Shown here: piece after piece, positions 19,186 to 28,029 of the stretch
How the letters are laid out: the number at the start of each line of letters is the position of its first letter
How positions within the stretch are numbered: the stretch's first letter is position 1
NCBI GenBank assembly: GCA_001803875.1
Contig: MHEO01000019.1
Coordinates: forward strand, 4,394-43,039
Direction of reading: 5' to 3'
Source of the DNA: Nitrospirae bacterium RIFCSPHIGHO2_01_FULL_66_17
GTDB taxonomy: Bacteria > Nitrospirota > Nitrospiria > 2-01-FULL-66-17
Length of the DNA: 38,646 nt
Program-made: the position numbers and the translations under genes
The notes under the pieces: generated by a model
The model's database searches: none
Told to the model about the DNA's origin: nothing
What the model saw: the letters and a program-made list of their open reading frames with translations, nothing else

Positions 19186-20328
19186 GTGGCGACGACCTCC
19201 TCCGAGCGCGAGGGGTGGGCCGCGTGGCTTGCCCTGTCGCGCGTGGCCGGCGTGGGGCCCGTGACGTACCGGACGCTGATCGAGACGTTCGGCTCGCCGG
19301 AGGAGGTGTTCCGTGCGTCCCCGTCGGTGCTGCACGGCGCGGGACGGTGTCCCCCCCGGGTGGCGGCCGCGATCCGCGGTTTTTCGGCGTGGGATGAGGT
19401 CGACGGCGAGCTCGTGCGGCTCGCGGCGGTCGGCGGGATGTTGATCACGTGGTCCGATCCCCGGTACCCCGTTCATCTGAAGACGATCCATGATCCCCCA
19501 CCCGTGCTCTACGCGCTCGGCGACCTCGCGCCCGGCGAACGTCGGGTCGTGGCGGTGGTGGGGTCCCGCCGGGCGACGCCCTACGGTGTTGCGGTCGCGA
19601 GCCGGATCGCCGGGGAACTGGCGCGGGCGAGGTTCGTCGTGGTGAGCGGGATGGCGCGCGGGGTCGACGAGGCCGCGCACCGGGGGGCGCTGGCCGCCGG
19701 CGGGTTCACGGTGGGGGTGCTGGGGTGCGGCGTGGACGTGGCCTATCCCCCCGAAAGCCGTGCGCTCAAAGCGGCCGTGCGGGCGCGGGGTGCGATCCTG
19801 TCGGAGCTGCCGATGGGCGCGCCGCCGGATCCCCACCACTTCCCCGCGCGCAACCGGATCATCAGCGGGATGTCGTTGGGCGTGCTCGTGATCGAAGCCA
19901 CGGCGGAGAGCGGATCCCTGATCACGGCTCGTCTCGCCCTCGAACAGAACCGCGAGGTCTTCGCCGTGCCGGGCAACGTCGGCGCGGCGACGAGCGTGGG
20001 GACCAACCGGTTGATCAAGGCCGGGGCCACGCTGGTCGAAACCGCCGATGATCTGATCGCGGAGCTGCTGAGCCAACTGGGGGAATCGGGATCCGGGAAG
20101 ACGGTCGATCCTCCCGCGGGCTGCGCCGTGCCGACGGTCGAACTGACCACGGAGGAAGCGCGGGTGGTCGAGTTCCTCTCGTGGGAGCCGGCCCACGTCG
20201 ACGAGCTCACGAGCCGGGCGGGCATCCCGCCCGAGCAACTCGCCGGGGTGCTCCTAGGGCTCGAGCTCAAGGGCGTGGCGCGGCATCTGGCCGGCCACCT
20301 GTACGTCCGCCACGACGGGGCGGCGTGA
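19186..20328 (+). CDS. dprA: DNA processing protein DprA/Smf
   Basis: DprA Rossmann motifs (VAVVGSRRATPYG, VVSGMARGVDEAAHRGAL, VLGCGVDVAYP, FPARNRIISG, VIEA..SGSLITA) and the conserved position upstream of topA. Confidence 0.92.
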   Translation: MATTSSEREGWAAWLALSRVAGVGPVTYRTLIETFGSPEEVFRASPSVLHGAGRCPPRVAAAIRGFSAWDEVDGELVRLAAVGGMLITWSDPRYPVHLKTIHDPPPVLYALGDLAPGERRVVAVVGSRRATPYGVAVASRIAGELARARFVVVSGMARGVDEAAHRGALAAGGFTVGVLGCGVDVAYPPESRALKAAVRARGAILSELPMGAPPDPHHFPARNRIISGMSLGVLVIEATAESGSLITARLALEQNREVFAVPGNVGAATSVGTNRLIKAGATLVETADDLIAELLSQLGESGSGKTVDPPAGCAVPTVELTTEEARVVEFLSWEPAHVDELTSRAGIPPEQLAGVLLGLELKGVARHLAGHLYVRHDGAA

Positions 20329-20352
20329 CGCGCCCGAAGAATCGGGTATAAT
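20325..20352 (+). promoter_or_regulatory. Possible promoter for topA (GTGACG-16-TATAAT)
   Basis: A perfect TATAAT at 20347-20352, 36 nt upstream of the topA ATG. The -35 element (GTGACG, 20325-20330) is weak. Confidence 0.35.
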
Positions 20353-20387
20353 CCACACAGCATGAGGGTACCGGAGCACGCACCGGC

Positions 20388-22661
20388 ATGAAGAAATCGC
20401 TGGTCATCGTCGAATCGCCGTCGAAAGCCAAGACGCTGAGCAAGTATTTGGGCAAGAAATATACCGTAATGGCGTCTATCGGCCACGTGAGAGACCTGCC
20501 GAAGAGCAAGTTCGGCGTGGACGTCGAGCACGACTTTCAGCCCCAGTACCAGGTCATCCGCGGGAAGAAGAAAGTGCTGGACGAGATCAAGAAGGCCGGC
20601 AAAACGGCCGACCGCATCTATCTGGCCCCCGACCCCGATCGCGAGGGCGAGGCCATCGCCTGGCACATCGCCGAGGAGCTCAACGGCGCGAAGGGGAAGG
20701 TGCAGCGCGTCCTCTTTCATGAGATCACCGAGCGCGCCGTCAAGCAGGCGATCGAGCATCCGGTGCCGCTCGATCTGCACAAGGTCGACGCCCAGCAGGC
20801 CCGCCGGATCCTCGATCGCATTGTGGGGTATACGATCAGCCCGCTGCTCTGGGAGAAGGTGCGTCGAGGCCTCTCGGCGGGCCGCGTGCAGTCGGTTGCG
20901 GTCCGGATCATCTGTGAACGCGAGCGGGCGATTACGGCCTTCCAGAGCGTGGAGTATTGGTCCATCGCCGCGATGTTGGAGGGCAACGCCCCCCCGGCGT
21001 TTGACACCAAGCTGTTCAAATGGCGGGGCGCGGATGTCGCGCTGGCCAGCGAGGCGGCCGCGGCCGATGTGATCCGGGCTCTCCAAGGTGTTCCATACGC
21101 CGTTAGTCAGATCGAAAAGAAGGAGCGGCGCAAAAATCCGCCGGCTCCGTTTACGACCAGTAAGCTTCAGCAGGAGGCGTCGCGCAAGTTGCGGTTCTCG
21201 CCGAAACGGACCATGGCGCTGGCCCAGCGTCTCTATGAAGGGGTCGAGGTTGGAAGCGAAGGTCCGGTCGGTTTGATCACCTACATGCGCACCGATTCCA
21301 CGCGGATTTCGCCGGATGCCCAGGCGGAGACCACCGCGTTCGTGCGCGAGCGGTTCGGCGCGGACTATGTGCCGACGACCCCGAACGTGTTCAAGAACAA
21401 AAAGGGCGCACAGGACGCGCACGAGGCCATTCGCCCCACCGCCGTCACGCGGGATCCCGAACAATTGAAAACGCTGCTCGAACGCGACCTGTATAACCTC
21501 TACACGATGATTTGGAAACGGTTTGTCGCGAGCCAGATGACGCCCGCGATCATGGAGCAGACCCGGGTGGACATCGTGGCGGGCGAGGGGCTCTTCAGGG
21601 CCACCGGCGCCGTCGTGCTGTTCCCGGGCTTCACCACGCTCTACACCGAAACGGCGGAACCGTCGCCGGCCGGCGCGAGGGCGGAGGAGGAGCAGGACGA
21701 GGAGCGGCGTCTGCCGGCGCTTGCCGAGGGGGATCGCCTGCGGCTGCACGAACTGCTCCCGCGCCAGCACTTCACCCAACCGCCGCCGCGGTTCACCGAA
21801 TCCCTTTTGATCAAAGAGCTGGAAGAGCAGGGGATCGGGCGGCCCAGCACGTACGCGGCGATTATCTCCACGATCCAGGATCGCAAATACGTCGCGAAAG
21901 TTGAGGGCCGGCTTCGGCCGACGGAATTGGGCGTCGTGGTCAACGATCTCCTGGTCCAGCATTTTCCCGAGGTCCTCAACGTCCAGTTCACGGCCCACAT
22001 GGAGGAGGATCTCGATCAGATCGAGGAGGGGAACAAGCCGTGGGTGGAGACCGTGCGGGAGTTCTACGGTCCGTTTACCACCTACCTCTCCAAGGCCACC
22101 TCGGAAATGCGCAACGTGAAGCGGGAGGAGCGTCCCACCGAGATCGAGTGCGAACGGTGTCATCGCAAGCTGGTCATCAAGTGGGGCCGCAACGGGCGGT
22201 TTTTGGCCTGTCCGGGGTATCCCGAGTGCAAGAACACGAAGGAGTTCCGCGAAGACGCCGACGGCACGATCGTCGTGGTGCCCAAGGAGACCGAGACATC
22301 GGAGGTCTGCGAGAAATGCGGGAGTCCGATGGTGATCAAGACCGGCCGGTTCGGCCGATTCCTCGCGTGCTCCGGCTATCCCGCGTGCAAGACGACCCGC
22401 TCCCTCGGCACCGGCGTGACGTGCCCGAAACCCGGCTGCGGCGGCCAACTCCTCGAGAAGCGGACCAAGAAGGGTCGGATATTTTACTCGTGCGCGAACT
22501 ACCCCAAGTGCGACTACGCCCTGTGGGAGCGCCCGCTGCCCAAACCCTGCCCGCAGTGCCATGCCCCATTCGTCGTCCAGAAAACGGCGCGCGGTGCGGA
22601 GCCCCGGGCGCACTGCATCGCCGAGGGCTGCGGCTACGAAGAAGAAGAGCCCGCGGCGTAA
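20388..22661 (+). CDS. topA: DNA topoisomerase I with four C-terminal zinc ribbons
   Basis: Toprim (LVIVESPSKAKT), the catalytic Tyr region (GLITYMRTDSTR) and four CxxC..CxxC-type modules (CERCHRK..CPGYPEC, CEKCGSP..CSGYPAC, CPKPGCGG..CANYPKC, CPQCHAP..CIAEGC). Confidence 0.97.
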   Translation: MKKSLVIVESPSKAKTLSKYLGKKYTVMASIGHVRDLPKSKFGVDVEHDFQPQYQVIRGKKKVLDEIKKAGKTADRIYLAPDPDREGEAIAWHIAEELNGAKGKVQRVLFHEITERAVKQAIEHPVPLDLHKVDAQQARRILDRIVGYTISPLLWEKVRRGLSAGRVQSVAVRIICERERAITAFQSVEYWSIAAMLEGNAPPAFDTKLFKWRGADVALASEAAAADVIRALQGVPYAVSQIEKKERRKNPPAPFTTSKLQQEASRKLRFSPKRTMALAQRLYEGVEVGSEGPVGLITYMRTDSTRISPDAQAETTAFVRERFGADYVPTTPNVFKNKKGAQDAHEAIRPTAVTRDPEQLKTLLERDLYNLYTMIWKRFVASQMTPAIMEQTRVDIVAGEGLFRATGAVVLFPGFTTLYTETAEPSPAGARAEEEQDEERRLPALAEGDRLRLHELLPRQHFTQPPPRFTESLLIKELEEQGIGRPSTYAAIISTIQDRKYVAKVEGRLRPTELGVVVNDLLVQHFPEVLNVQFTAHMEEDLDQIEEGNKPWVETVREFYGPFTTYLSKATSEMRNVKREERPTEIECERCHRKLVIKWGRNGRFLACPGYPECKNTKEFREDADGTIVVVPKETETSEVCEKCGSPMVIKTGRFGRFLACSGYPACKTTRSLGTGVTCPKPGCGGQLLEKRTKKGRIFYSCANYPKCDYALWERPLPKPCPQCHAPFVVQKTARGAEPRAHCIAEGCGYEEEEPAA

Positions 22662-22754
22662 GCAGACAATGAGGCCGAAGGCCCTCCCTGTGGGCCGTGC
22701 AGCCACCCGCCGCGTAGCCTGTCGCTGAGGCCGCAGGACTTCCCGACCATCCGC

Positions 22755-22784
22755 TTGATGCTCCCGTGAGCGCCGTGGTATGAT
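22755..22784 (+). promoter_or_regulatory. sigma70-type promoter (TTGATG-18-TATGAT) for the ATP-grasp/kamA/dcd unit
   Basis: TTGATG at 22755-22760, an 18-nt spacer with TGG immediately before the -10 element, and TATGAT at 22779-22784. Confidence 0.45.
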
Positions 22785-22805
22785 CTTTCACATGTCGGTC
22801 GAGCC

Positions 22806-24386
22806 GTGTCCGAACCGGTGCGCGCTCACGGAACGTGGGGAGAGATCGATCCCGTCTCCGTGGGCACCGGTTCACCTTCCGGGAGTGGCGATCCGCCCTT
22901 GAACGTGTTTTTAGGTCCGGACACCAGGCTGCCTGCGGACCATCGGCCTCCTTCCCTCGCGGGGCCGAACTCGGCGGCGGACGCTTGCCGCGTGCTGTCG
23001 GCGGTGCGGCGCGAGGGGTTGTACGAACGTCGCGAGGGCGACGGCCTGCCCCGCTGGCGGGTGAGCCCTGAGCCGTACTGGTTGGCGCCGGCGGACGTGG
23101 AGGTGCTCGAACGGCTGGGGCCGATCCTCCTCGCCTTCTACCGATCGCTCAATCGCCTCTATTACCTGAGCGTCAAGACCCCCAAGCTCGCGTGGGTTCA
23201 TCGCTACCTCGATCAGGGCAAGCCGGAGTCGGTGATCGAGTACGGCCGGATGCGCCGGGTTCGCGAGCAGGTCCCCGGGATCCTGCGGCCCGACCTCTTC
23301 GTGACCGAGACCGGCTTGATCGCCTCGGAACTCGATTCGGTGCCCGGGGGATTCGGGCTGACGGCCGCGTTTCAGGCGGTCTACGGCGAGTTGGGGCACC
23401 CCCTCGTCGGCGGGCCCGACGGCGTGGTCCGCGCGTTCGCGGACATGGTTGGTCCCGGGTCCCGCGTGGCGATCGTCGTGTCGGACGAGTCCACCGATTA
23501 CCGCGCCGAGATGGCCTGGATCGCGCGGGCGCTGACCGCCCATGGAACACCCGCGGACGCGGTCGCCCCAGGCGAGGTCACGTTCACGGAGGAGGGGTTG
23601 ACCGTCGGGCCAGCGGCCAGCTCCCGGCGCGTCGACGTGCTCTACCGCTTCTTTGAGCTGTTCGACCTCAAGAACGTCCCGAAGTCGGATCTCTTCCTCT
23701 ACGCCGCCAAGAAGGGCGCCGTCAGGATGACCCCTCCCGCCAAGGCGTTTCTCGAAGAGAAATCTGCGATGGCGCTCTGGCATCACCCGGCGCTGGAGGT
23801 GTGGTGGCGGGACGATCTGGGAGCGGAGGTCGCCGACGCGCTCTCGCGGCTGTTTCCAAAGACCTGGATCCTGGATCCGTCCGAGGTGCCGCCGCACGCG
23901 GTGATTCCCGGCTTCACGCTCGGCGGGCGGCCGGTCCGCGATTGGCGGGACCTCGCGGCCGCGAGCCAGCGGGAACGCCGACTGGTGATCAAGCCGTCCG
24001 GCTTTTCGGAGCGGGCATGGGGAAGCCGCGGGGTGGTGGTTGGACACGACCGCTCGTCGGAAGCCTGGTCCGCGGCGGTGGATGAGGCCCTCCGAGCCTT
24101 CCCGACGACCCCCCACGTCCTGCAGGAATTCCATACGGCGCGGCGGGACGACGTGGCGTATTACGACGAAGGGAGCGACGCGATCCGGCCCATGAGCGGC
24201 CGGACGCGCCTGTCCCCCTACTATTTCGTGTCCGGTGACGACGTGGTGTTGGGCGGGGTTCTCGCGACGGTGTGCGCGCTGGATAAGAAGCTGATCCACG
24301 GGATGGCCGACGCCGTCCTCGCGCCGTGCGCCGTGCGCGCCGCGCCAGGCCGCGCCGCGACCGATGGCCAAGGAGCGAACGCGTGA
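22806..24386 (+). CDS. ATP-grasp-like amidoligase (glutathionylspermidine-synthase / permuted ATP-grasp-like), 526 aa; function unknown
   Basis: Central ILRPDLFVTETGLIASELDSVPGGFGL resembles the R-x-D...E-x-N/D-x-x-P-G core of GspS/CP-ATP-grasp ligases. The C-terminal LVIKPSGFSERAWGSRGVVVG ... HVLQEF ... resembles ATP-grasp nucleotide-binding strands. The coding call is solid; the family assignment is from memory only. The exact start is uncertain because GTG 22806 has no clear RBS. Confidence 0.6.
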   Translation: MSEPVRAHGTWGEIDPVSVGTGSPSGSGDPPLNVFLGPDTRLPADHRPPSLAGPNSAADACRVLSAVRREGLYERREGDGLPRWRVSPEPYWLAPADVEVLERLGPILLAFYRSLNRLYYLSVKTPKLAWVHRYLDQGKPESVIEYGRMRRVREQVPGILRPDLFVTETGLIASELDSVPGGFGLTAAFQAVYGELGHPLVGGPDGVVRAFADMVGPGSRVAIVVSDESTDYRAEMAWIARALTAHGTPADAVAPGEVTFTEEGLTVGPAASSRRVDVLYRFFELFDLKNVPKSDLFLYAAKKGAVRMTPPAKAFLEEKSAMALWHHPALEVWWRDDLGAEVADALSRLFPKTWILDPSEVPPHAVIPGFTLGGRPVRDWRDLAAASQRERRLVIKPSGFSERAWGSRGVVVGHDRSSEAWSAAVDEALRAFPTTPHVLQEFHTARRDDVAYYDEGSDAIRPMSGRTRLSPYYFVSGDDVVLGGVLATVCALDKKLIHGMADAVLAPCAVRAAPGRAATDGQGANA

Positions 24387-25510
24387 CCGACCAATGGAAA
24401 TATGACCTCCGGGACAGTCTGGAGGCGACGGAGGATCTCATCGAGCGCCTGGGGCTCTCGACGCGTGAAGCCGACCGCCTACGCGAGGTGGTGACGCGCT
24501 ACCCGATGCGCATCACGCCCCACGTCCTCAAGACCATCCGGTACCAGGGCGATCCCATCTGGCTGCAGGTGGTGCCGACCACCGAGGAGATGGAGCTCGA
24601 CTACGAAATGCAGGACGATCCGTTGAACGAGGAGGGCGACATGGTCGTTCCGCACCTCGTGCATCGCTATCCGGACCGGGTCCTGCTCTTCGTCACCAAT
24701 CAGTGTCCCGTCTATTGCCGGTTTTGCACCCGCAAGCGCTTCGTCGGGTCGCCGGGGGGCACCATCACGCCCGAGGCGATCGAGGTCGTCACGGACTACA
24801 TCCGATCGCACCCCGAGATCCGCGACATCATCTTCTCCGGCGGAGACCCGCTCCTCCTGGTCGACAGTCTTCTCGAACGGATCCTGTCCGCGCTCCGCAC
24901 AATCCCGCACCTTGAGATTATCCGCATCGGATCGCGCGTGCCGGGCACGCTCCCGTCGCGGATCACGCCCGAGCTGTGCGCGATGCTCCGGCGCTATCAC
25001 CCGCTGTACATGAACCTCCACTTCAACCACCCGGACGAGATCACGCCCGAGGTCGCCGAGGCGTGTGGTCGACTGGCCGACGCCGGCATCCCGCTCGGCA
25101 GCCAGACCGTGTTGCTCAAGGGGGTCAACGACGACCCCGACACGATGAAGCGCCTCATGCATGCGCTGCTGAAGATCCGAGTGAAGCCCTACTATCTCTA
25201 CCAGGCCGACCTGGTGACGGGCACCCACCAGTTCCGCACCCCGGTCGAGACCGGCCTCAACATCCTCAGGGCCCTCCACGGCCACACGTCGGGGATGGCA
25301 ATCCCGCGCTACGTGATCGATGCGCCGGGCGGCGGCGGCAAGATCACGGTGGTCCCTCCCGAGTTCGTGCTCGAGATCAACGCCCGCGAGGTGATTCTGA
25401 AGAACTACGAGGACCAGGTGTACCGATACCCGCAGGTTGAGGCCGTCCCGGACGCCGTCCCCGCGGATGATCCCGCGCGGCTGACTCCCCTGCAACGATT
25501 ACCCTCATGA
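24383..25510 (+). CDS. kamA: Lysine 2,3-aminomutase (KamA-family radical SAM/PLP enzyme), ~375 aa
   Basis: [27 protein letters not shown] contains the CxxxCxxC cluster. Also present are [27 protein letters not shown], and YQAD and [10 protein letters not shown], which carry the lysine-binding Asp equivalents and the PLP Lys. GTG 24383 overlaps the upstream stop (GTGA). The track start at 24326 is an upstream extension. Confidence 0.92.
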   Translation: MTDQWKYDLRDSLEATEDLIERLGLSTREADRLREVVTRYPMRITPHVLKTIRYQGDPIWLQVVPTTEEMELDYEMQDDPLNEEGDMVVPHLVHRYPDRVLLFVTNQCPVYCRFCTRKRFVGSPGGTITPEAIEVVTDYIRSHPEIRDIIFSGGDPLLLVDSLLERILSALRTIPHLEIIRIGSRVPGTLPSRITPELCAMLRRYHPLYMNLHFNHPDEITPEVAEACGRLADAGIPLGSQTVLLKGVNDDPDTMKRLMHALLKIRVKPYYLYQADLVTGTHQFRTPVETGLNILRALHGHTSGMAIPRYVIDAPGGGGKITVVPPEFVLEINAREVILKNYEDQVYRYPQVEAVPDAVPADDPARLTPLQRLPS

Positions 25511-25530
25511 AGGCGGAAGGAGTGGGAGCA

Positions 25531-26082
25531 ATGGTCAAAAACGACCGCTGGATTCGACGAATGGCCAAAGAGCACGGGATGATCACGCCGTTCGAGGAAA
25601 AGCAGGTCCGGGAAGGCACGATCTCTTACGGCCTCTCGTCGTATGGCTACGATCTGAGAATCTCGGATGATTTCAAGATCTTCACGAACATCAACCACAC
25701 GACGGTCGATCCCAAGGACTTCGACGTGAAGTCCTTCGTGGATTTCAAGGGCGAGGTCTGCATCATTCCTCCGAACTCGTTCGCGCTGGGGCGCAGCGTC
25801 GAATATGTCAAGATTCCCCGCAGCGTGATCACGGTGTGCGTGGGCAAGTCCACCTACGCGCGCTGCGGCATCATCACCAACGTGACCCCCTTCGAGCCCG
25901 AGTGGGAGGGCCATGTGACGCTCGAAGTGTCCAACACCACTCCGCTTCCGGCCAAAATCTACGCGTTCGAAGGGATCGCGCAAGTCCTGTTCTTCGAGAG
26001 CGACGAGGAATGCGAAACGTCGTACGCCGATCGCCGGGGCAAATACCAGGCTCAGCGAGGTATCACGCTCCCCCGCCTGTGA
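25531..26082 (+). CDS. dcd: dCTP deaminase
   Basis: [89 protein letters not shown]. An AAGGAG RBS favours the ATG at 25531 over the track start at 25507. Confidence 0.93.
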   Translation: MVKNDRWIRRMAKEHGMITPFEEKQVREGTISYGLSSYGYDLRISDDFKIFTNINHTTVDPKDFDVKSFVDFKGEVCIIPPNSFALGRSVEYVKIPRSVITVCVGKSTYARCGIITNVTPFEPEWEGHVTLEVSNTTPLPAKIYAFEGIAQVLFFESDEECETSYADRRGKYQAQRGITLPRL

Positions 26083-26280
26083 TCGTCGCGAGCCGTTTGG
26101 CGTGGTAAATTCTTATCCATCTTTGCCGATCGTCTGAGCCGTGATGGGTTCCGAGCGACGAATGAGCGGGGAAGATGCGGGTTATCGGCCTAAACATCCC
26201 CAAGTTTCGGCGTTGAGACGGGTGAGGACATTATATAACCGTTTGGCGGGCCACCGAATTCCCCAAAAGATGAAAAATGC

Positions 26281-26309
26281 TTGACACCGGAATGGGCGTT
26301 TGCTATAAG
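26281..26309 (+). promoter_or_regulatory. Strong sigma70 promoter for the cold-shock gene (TTGACA-17-TATAAG) with an upstream A-rich tract
   Basis: A consensus TTGACA at 26281-26286, a 17-nt spacer, and TATAAG at 26304-26309. The A-rich CCCCAAAAGATGAAAAATGC lies immediately upstream and looks UP-element-like. The implied 5' UTR is ~80 nt. Confidence 0.65.
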
Positions 26310-26395
26310 CAAACATGCCGATGGCAGCAGGTCGGCAGTGTTCGTGACAGGTTCGGTTTCCAGCAAGGGTTTGTTCCGAAAGGAGGGTACGCGCA

Positions 26396-26596
26396 GTGGC
26401 ACGAGGAAAGGTAAAGTGGTTCAACGCCAGCAAGGGGTACGGGTTCATCTCCCAGGACGACGGGAGCGACGTGTTCGTCCACTTCTCGGCAATTCAGGGT
26501 GATGGGTTCAAAACCCTGGATGAAGGCCAGGAGGTCGAGTTCGACGTCATTAAGGGGGCCAAGGGTCCGCAAGCGGCCAACGTCGTCAAAGCCTGA
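26396..26596 (+). CDS. cspA: Cold-shock protein (CspA family), 66 aa
   Basis: RNP1/RNP2 motifs (KGYGFI, VFVHF). GTG start preceded by an AGGAGGG RBS at 26381-26387. Confidence 0.95.
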   Translation: MARGKVKWFNASKGYGFISQDDGSDVFVHFSAIQGDGFKTLDEGQEVEFDVIKGAKGPQAANVVKA

Positions 26597-26625
26597 ACGC
26601 GTTTACCCTCCCACACGCATGTTAA

Positions 26626-26657
26626 GGCGCCCTTTCGGCACGTTCCGGAAGGGCGCC
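26626..26657. terminator. Hairpin between the convergent csp and hemW genes (putative bidirectional terminator)
   Basis: GGCGCCCTTTCGG (26626-26638) pairs with CCGGAAGGGCGCC (26645-26657). This gives 13 bp including one G-U pair, with a 6-nt loop. There is no strong U-tract on either strand. Confidence 0.5.
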
Positions 26658-26672
26658 CGCGGTTCTGACCGT

Positions 26673-27848
26673 TTACAGGAACTCCTCGGCGATCATGTCC
26701 GCGAGATTGAGCCCCCGGGGTGTGAGTCGAATGAGGGGGCGCCTCGGCTCGACCAAGCCCATCGCGATCAGACGGTCGAGGGGCTGAGCGTAGCGCTCCC
26801 ACGGGTCGACGGTGAAGCGCACCCGCAGACGGTCGCCATCGATGCCCCCGATCATCCGGATCCCGAACGCGAGCGCCTCGGCGAGACGGCGCTCCGGGGT
26901 GAGTTGCTCCCGGTCCGCCGTCCAGCGCCCGTCCTCCCCTTCCCGGACGTAGTCGTCCGCGTCGAAGTGGTTCCACCAGCGCCGGCCGTCGACGTGCGAG
27001 TGTGCGCTGGCACCCAGCCCCAGCCAGTCGTCGCCCGACCAGTACAGCAGATTGTGCCGGCACGCGCGGCCGGGCCTGGCATAATTGGAAATCTCGTAGC
27101 GATTGAACCCGGCCGCGTCGAGCCGGTCGTGCAGGACGGCCTCGAGTGTGTCGACCTCGTCATCGGATGGCAGCGCGGCGCGCCCCTCCTCGACGGCGAG
27201 TCCGAAGGCCGTGCCGGCCTCGGGGGTCAGCGCGTACGCGGACAGGTGGTCGGGCTCCAGCGCCAGCGCCGCATCGACGGTGGCGGTCCACGTCTCGGGA
27301 GCTTGGTCGGGGATCCCGTAGATCAAGTCGAGGCTCAGGTTGGCGCAGCCCGCGCGCCGCGCCGCCTCCCACGCCCGCACGACGCGCTCGGACGAGTGGG
27401 CCCGTCGGAGCGCGGTCAACTCGCGCGGGTCGAAGGACTGAACGCCCAGGCTGATGCGGGTGACGCCGGCGTCGAGGAAGCCGCGGAGCCGGTCGTACGA
27501 AACCGTCTCGGGGTTCGCCTCGAGGGTGATCTCGGCGTTGGGCGCCAGGGCGAACGCCCGCCGACAATGGTCGATCAAGGCCGCGATCTCGGAGGGCGCG
27601 GCGAGCGAGGGGGTGCCCCCGCCGAAGTACAGGGTGCGGGCGGTTCGCCCCGCGTACGCGCCGCCGTGGGCGTGCGCGTCGATCTCGCGATGCACCGCGT
27701 CCTGGTACGCCGAGATGATCCCGCGCGAAGCGGGGCCGGAGCTAAACGCGCAATAGGCGCACTTGCTCACGCAGAACGGGATGTGGAGGTACACACCGAA
27801 ATCGGGGTCGGACGCGGTGCGCGCCTCGGCGGGGATGGGCAAAACCAT
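26673..27848 (-). CDS. hemW: Radical SAM heme chaperone HemW (HemN-like coproporphyrinogen III oxidase family), 391 aa
   Basis: YLHIPFCVSKCAYCAF contains the CxxxCxxC cluster. Also present are FGGGTPS, ISLGVQSF, YEISNYARPG and HNLLYW. I prefer the internal ATG (complement of 27846-27848) over the 452-aa track ORF, whose Pro/Arg-rich N-terminus looks non-coding. Confidence 0.9.
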   Translation of the reverse strand: MVLPIPAEARTASDPDFGVYLHIPFCVSKCAYCAFSSGPASRGIISAYQDAVHREIDAHAHGGAYAGRTARTLYFGGGTPSLAAPSEIAALIDHCRRAFALAPNAEITLEANPETVSYDRLRGFLDAGVTRISLGVQSFDPRELTALRRAHSSERVVRAWEAARRAGCANLSLDLIYGIPDQAPETWTATVDAALALEPDHLSAYALTPEAGTAFGLAVEEGRAALPSDDEVDTLEAVLHDRLDAAGFNRYEISNYARPGRACRHNLLYWSGDDWLGLGASAHSHVDGRRWWNHFDADDYVREGEDGRWTADREQLTPERRLAEALAFGIRMIGGIDGDRLRVRFTVDPWERYAQPLDRLIAMGLVEPRRPLIRLTPRGLNLADMIAEEFL

Positions 27849-28029
27849 GCGTGCTCTGGGCTCGGAATCCGTGGTATGATCCCACCCGCATGGACCGCTG
27901 TCAAGAGCGCGCGCTCCGCGCCGAGGGCTTGCCCGAGCCTCGGGCGGGGCGCTTCGGAACTCAGGGATGGGGCGATCGCACGTGGGCAGTGGCCGGACCG
28001 GTTGGGGTGATGACGCGTGGATGAGGGGC

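Noticed and set aside
17500-22706. Very long antisense ORFs on the minus strand (17500-20238, 912 aa; 19743-22706, 987 aa). Similar ones occur elsewhere: 1195-2409, 12072-13250, 14527-16287, 22911-24371 and 30057-32864 on the minus strand, and 10657-11562, 26499-28010 and 35843-37651 on the plus strand.
   Set aside because: They lie opposite or out of frame to genes with unmistakable family motifs (rng, dprA, topA, thiG, mreB, mrdA, asmA, GH57). Their translations are Arg/Pro/Gly/Ala-rich low-complexity sequence. Long stop-free alternative frames are expected in genomes of this GC content.
22792-22902. A 36-codon ORF (MSVEPCPNRCALTERGE...) whose ATG lies 8 nt after the -10 element at 22779-22784. 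It could be a leaderless uORF overlapping the start of the ATP-grasp gene.
   Set aside because: A 36-codon open frame is unremarkable at this GC content. It shows no recognisable peptide features, and the transcription start is only predicted. It is worth revisiting only if 5'-end mapping places +1 at 22792.
26083-26280. Possible tRNA or small RNA in the 200 nt upstream of the csp promoter, and a 10-nt direct repeat CCGTTTGGCG (26092-26101 and 26240-26249).
   Set aside because: I could find no cloverleaf or T-loop (GTTCGAATC-like) signature and no strong hairpin. Hundreds of exact 10-mer repeat pairs are expected by chance across a 38-kb window, and I noticed this one post hoc.
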